Made by a program: the position numbers and the translations under genes. Shown piece by piece: positions 61,831 through 64,000 of a stretch of 64,000 bases of DNA (within the stretch, counting starts at the first letter, position 1; each line of letters starts with the position of its first letter). The stretch is from an uncultured Candidatus Binatia bacterium. Lineage in GTDB: Bacteria; Desulfobacterota; Binatia; UBA9968; JAJDTQ01. The stretch spans positions 1,760,001 through 1,824,000 of the forward strand of contig OZ251459.1 in assembly GCA_965242525.1 (NCBI GenBank), read 5' to 3'. Below the pieces are notes generated by a model. The model saw only the letters and a program-made list of their open reading frames with translations. It had not been told where the DNA came from and searched no databases.

Positions 61831-63297
61831 CTACTTGCGCGCCCGGGACCTTGCCGCGAAGAAGAGGGTCGCCAGCGTCAACGCGATCAGGACCAGGACG
61901 ATGGGCCGCTGCCACAACCAGGACCAGCCGTAACGGCTGACGCTGATGTCCAGGTACCGCTCCATGATGGGACCCAGGACGATGCCGAGGGCGATGGGCG
62001 GGCGCGGCCAACCCCAGCGTTTCATGAGGTAGCCCAGCCCCCCCAGGCTCAGCAGCACGATCCAGTCCCCCAGTTCCTGGGTGGCCATCCAGGAGCCCAT
62101 GAACACCAGCACCACGATGACCGGGATGAGCACGCTGCCGCGTATGGTGGTGACCTTGGCCAACTGCGTCGTGCAGCCCATCAATATCACCGCGGTGAGG
62201 ACGTTGGCGATGACCAGCGCCCAGATGACCGAGAAGGTGACGTCCAGGCGCGTGGTGAGGAGCTCCGGGCCGGGGAAGATGCCGTGGATCAGGAACGCGC
62301 CGAGCAGGATGGCCATGGTGGCGCTGCCAGGGATGCCGAAGGCGATGGTGGGGATCAGCGAGCCGCCCTTCATGGCGTTGTTGGCGCTCTCCGGCGCGAT
62401 CACCCCGCGTATCTCGCCCTTGCCGAACTCCGCCTTCGGGTCCTTGTTGGACTGGACCGCATGTCCGTACGCCACCCAGTCCACGATGCTCGCTCCCAGG
62501 CCCGGGATGAAGCCGATGTAGGCGCCGATGAACGCGCACCGGAGCGCCAGCCACCGGTGCCGCACCGCGTCGCGCACCCCGTCCCACAAGCCCCTGCCCA
62601 TCTCCGGCGCCTCGGACAGGGATCCCCGGCGCACCGCCAGCTCGATCACCTCCGGCAGCGAGAAGAGGCCCAGCACGCACGGGACGATGGGAGGGCGTTC
62701 CAGCAGGTACGGAATGCCGAACCAGAAGCGCGGGATGCCGTCCTGGGGCGAGTAGCCGATCATGGAGATCTGCAACGCCAGCAGCCCCACGAGTATGCCC
62801 TTGGCCGGGGCGTTGCCGCTCAGGGACGCCACCATGGCCATGCCGAGGACGCCCAGGAGGAAGAACTCCGGCGCGCCGAAGGAGAGCACCAGAGGGCTCA
62901 GGATCGGTATGGAGATGACCAGCAGGACAGCGCCCACCACGCCGCCGAACCCCGAGACCGTGTAGGCGGCGCCGAAGGCCCGGGCCGCCTCCCCTTTCTT
63001 GGCCATGGGGTAGCCGTCCATGATGGTGGCCTGGGAGCCGGCGGTCCCCGGCACCCCCAGGAGCACCGACGAGATGGTGTCCGAGGTGGAGGTGATGGCG
63101 TACATGCCCATGAGCAGCGCCATGGCCTCGTAAGGCTGGAGGTCGAAGGTGAAGGGCAGGAGGATGGCCATTCCGGAGAGGCCGGAAAGGCCCGGGACCA
63201 TGCCGAAGAAGACCCCGAGGCTGACGCCCAGCAGCAGGTAGCCGAAGGCCGGCCACGCCACGATGCCCTGGAGTCCCTGTTGGGCCGCCTCTAGCAT
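61831..63297 (-). CDS. tctA: Tripartite tricarboxylate transporter permease
   Basis: GVPGT, DGYPM, APESANNA, FGIPGS, GIFPGP. Confidence 0.95.
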   Translation of the reverse strand: MLEAAQQGLQGIVAWPAFGYLLLGVSLGVFFGMVPGLSGLSGMAILLPFTFDLQPYEAMALLMGMYAITSTSDTISSVLLGVPGTAGSQATIMDGYPMAKKGEAARAFGAAYTVSGFGGVVGAVLLVISIPILSPLVLSFGAPEFFLLGVLGMAMVASLSGNAPAKGILVGLLALQISMIGYSPQDGIPRFWFGIPYLLERPPIVPCVLGLFSLPEVIELAVRRGSLSEAPEMGRGLWDGVRDAVRHRWLALRCAFIGAYIGFIPGLGASIVDWVAYGHAVQSNKDPKAEFGKGEIRGVIAPESANNAMKGGSLIPTIAFGIPGSATMAILLGAFLIHGIFPGPELLTTRLDVTFSVIWALVIANVLTAVILMGCTTQLAKVTTIRGSVLIPVIVVLVFMGSWMATQELGDWIVLLSLGGLGYLMKRWGWPRPPIALGIVLGPIMERYLDISVSRYGWSWLWQRPIVLVLIALTLATLFFAARSRARK

Positions 63298-63385
63298 CCT
63301 GTGTGGAGTTCGGACAAATCCCGCGAGGGTATCCCGCCGCCGGCCCGCGGGTCAGGCGGCCGGCAACGGGATACGGCGGGACGGC

Positions 63386-64000
63386 CTATTTCTCGCCCGC
63401 GAGCTTGCGGCCTTCCTCGATGTACTTCAGGCGGAACTGCCGCATCTCTTCCCCTGCGGTCTTCCACGGCGTCATGGCCGTCTCGATGGCCTTGGGGGTC
63501 GTCAGCATGCTCGGCTCGATGCCCACCGTCTTCTTGTACTCCGCGAGGAACTCGGGGTCCTTGCTCATGGCCGCAAAGGCGCCGCGCACCGCTTCCACCG
63601 CGGCCGCGGGAGTCTCCGGGGGCGCGAGGATCTGGCGGTAGCTGCTCAGGATCTGGAACAGCTTCCACTTGGGACCCGAAGGCTCCTTGCCGGAGAGGGC
63701 CTTGACGAACTGGCGCACGGGCAGGCCCGGGGCGATGCGGGGGATCTCCGTGTCGCTGCCGTACCACAACGGTATGGCGTTGCCCTTGTCCACCGCGATG
63801 GGCTTGACCCGGGTGAGGTAGAACGGCGTGCTCCCGTCCACGTAGTCGATCTCCTTGCGCAGGAACGCCGCCAGCAGGCCCGAGGACCCCTGGTATCCGG
63901 TGACGTACTTGTAAGGCACTCCCGTGAGGTCGAAGAGGGCCCGGAACTTCAAGTCCTTGCTGCTGTCCGCGCGGAACCCTCCCACCGTGAAGCTCTTGAC
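63386..64000 (-). CDS. tctC: Tripartite tricarboxylate transporter substrate-binding protein (Bug/TctC-like), 5' partial
   Basis: VTGYQGS...EID, APPETP, AMSKDPEFL; upstream of tctA. Confidence 0.8.
   Translation of the reverse strand, partial: VKSFTVGGFRADSSKDLKFRALFDLTGVPYKYVTGYQGSSGLLAAFLRKEIDYVDGSTPFYLTRVKPIAVDKGNAIPLWYGSDTEIPRIAPGLPVRQFVKALSGKEPSGPKWKLFQILSSYRQILAPPETPAAAVEAVRGAFAAMSKDPEFLAEYKKTVGIEPSMLTTPKAIETAMTPWKTAGEEMRQFRLKYIEEGRKLAGEK

Overview
High-GC bacterial chromosomal window. The gene content (TTT transporter, ADP-forming acyl-CoA ligase, orphan molybdoenzyme, Uma2) resembles Deltaproteobacteria/Binatia-type genomes; this is inference, not a database result. Layout: (1) 0-20.5 kb mixed accessory genes: sulfatase, CMD/AhpD, Sfp-type PPTase, SGNH hydrolase, two NodU/CmcH carbamoyltransferases, a DUF58-BatA-DUF4159-VWA operon with no MoxR, a ferritin-like protein, and cupin-molybdoenzyme-M24. 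(2) 20.6-44.7 kb Wzx/Wzy-type surface polysaccharide locus. (3) 45.5-49.8 kb aminotransferase-serA-purA operon preceded by a ZMP/ZTP riboswitch and terminator. (4) 49.8-64 kb: degenerate GGT, UvrD, acetoacetate-CoA ligase, Uma2-vapB-Rrf2, TctCAB. Best candidate for something undescribed: a cluster of simple-sequence repeats in the polysaccharide export/length genes. It comprises a 16x9-bp in-frame repeat in the SLBB exporter, a 7x15-bp in-frame repeat in Wzz, and a C21 tract inside an 83-codon bridging ORF that is coupled at both ends and would give three translational outcomes on slippage. Also notable: an IS5-like MITE with target duplication sitting on stop codons, a composite REP that supplies a gene's C-terminus, a GGT lacking its catalytic Thr, and a toxin-less vapB. 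No tRNA, rRNA, CRISPR array or transposase was seen.
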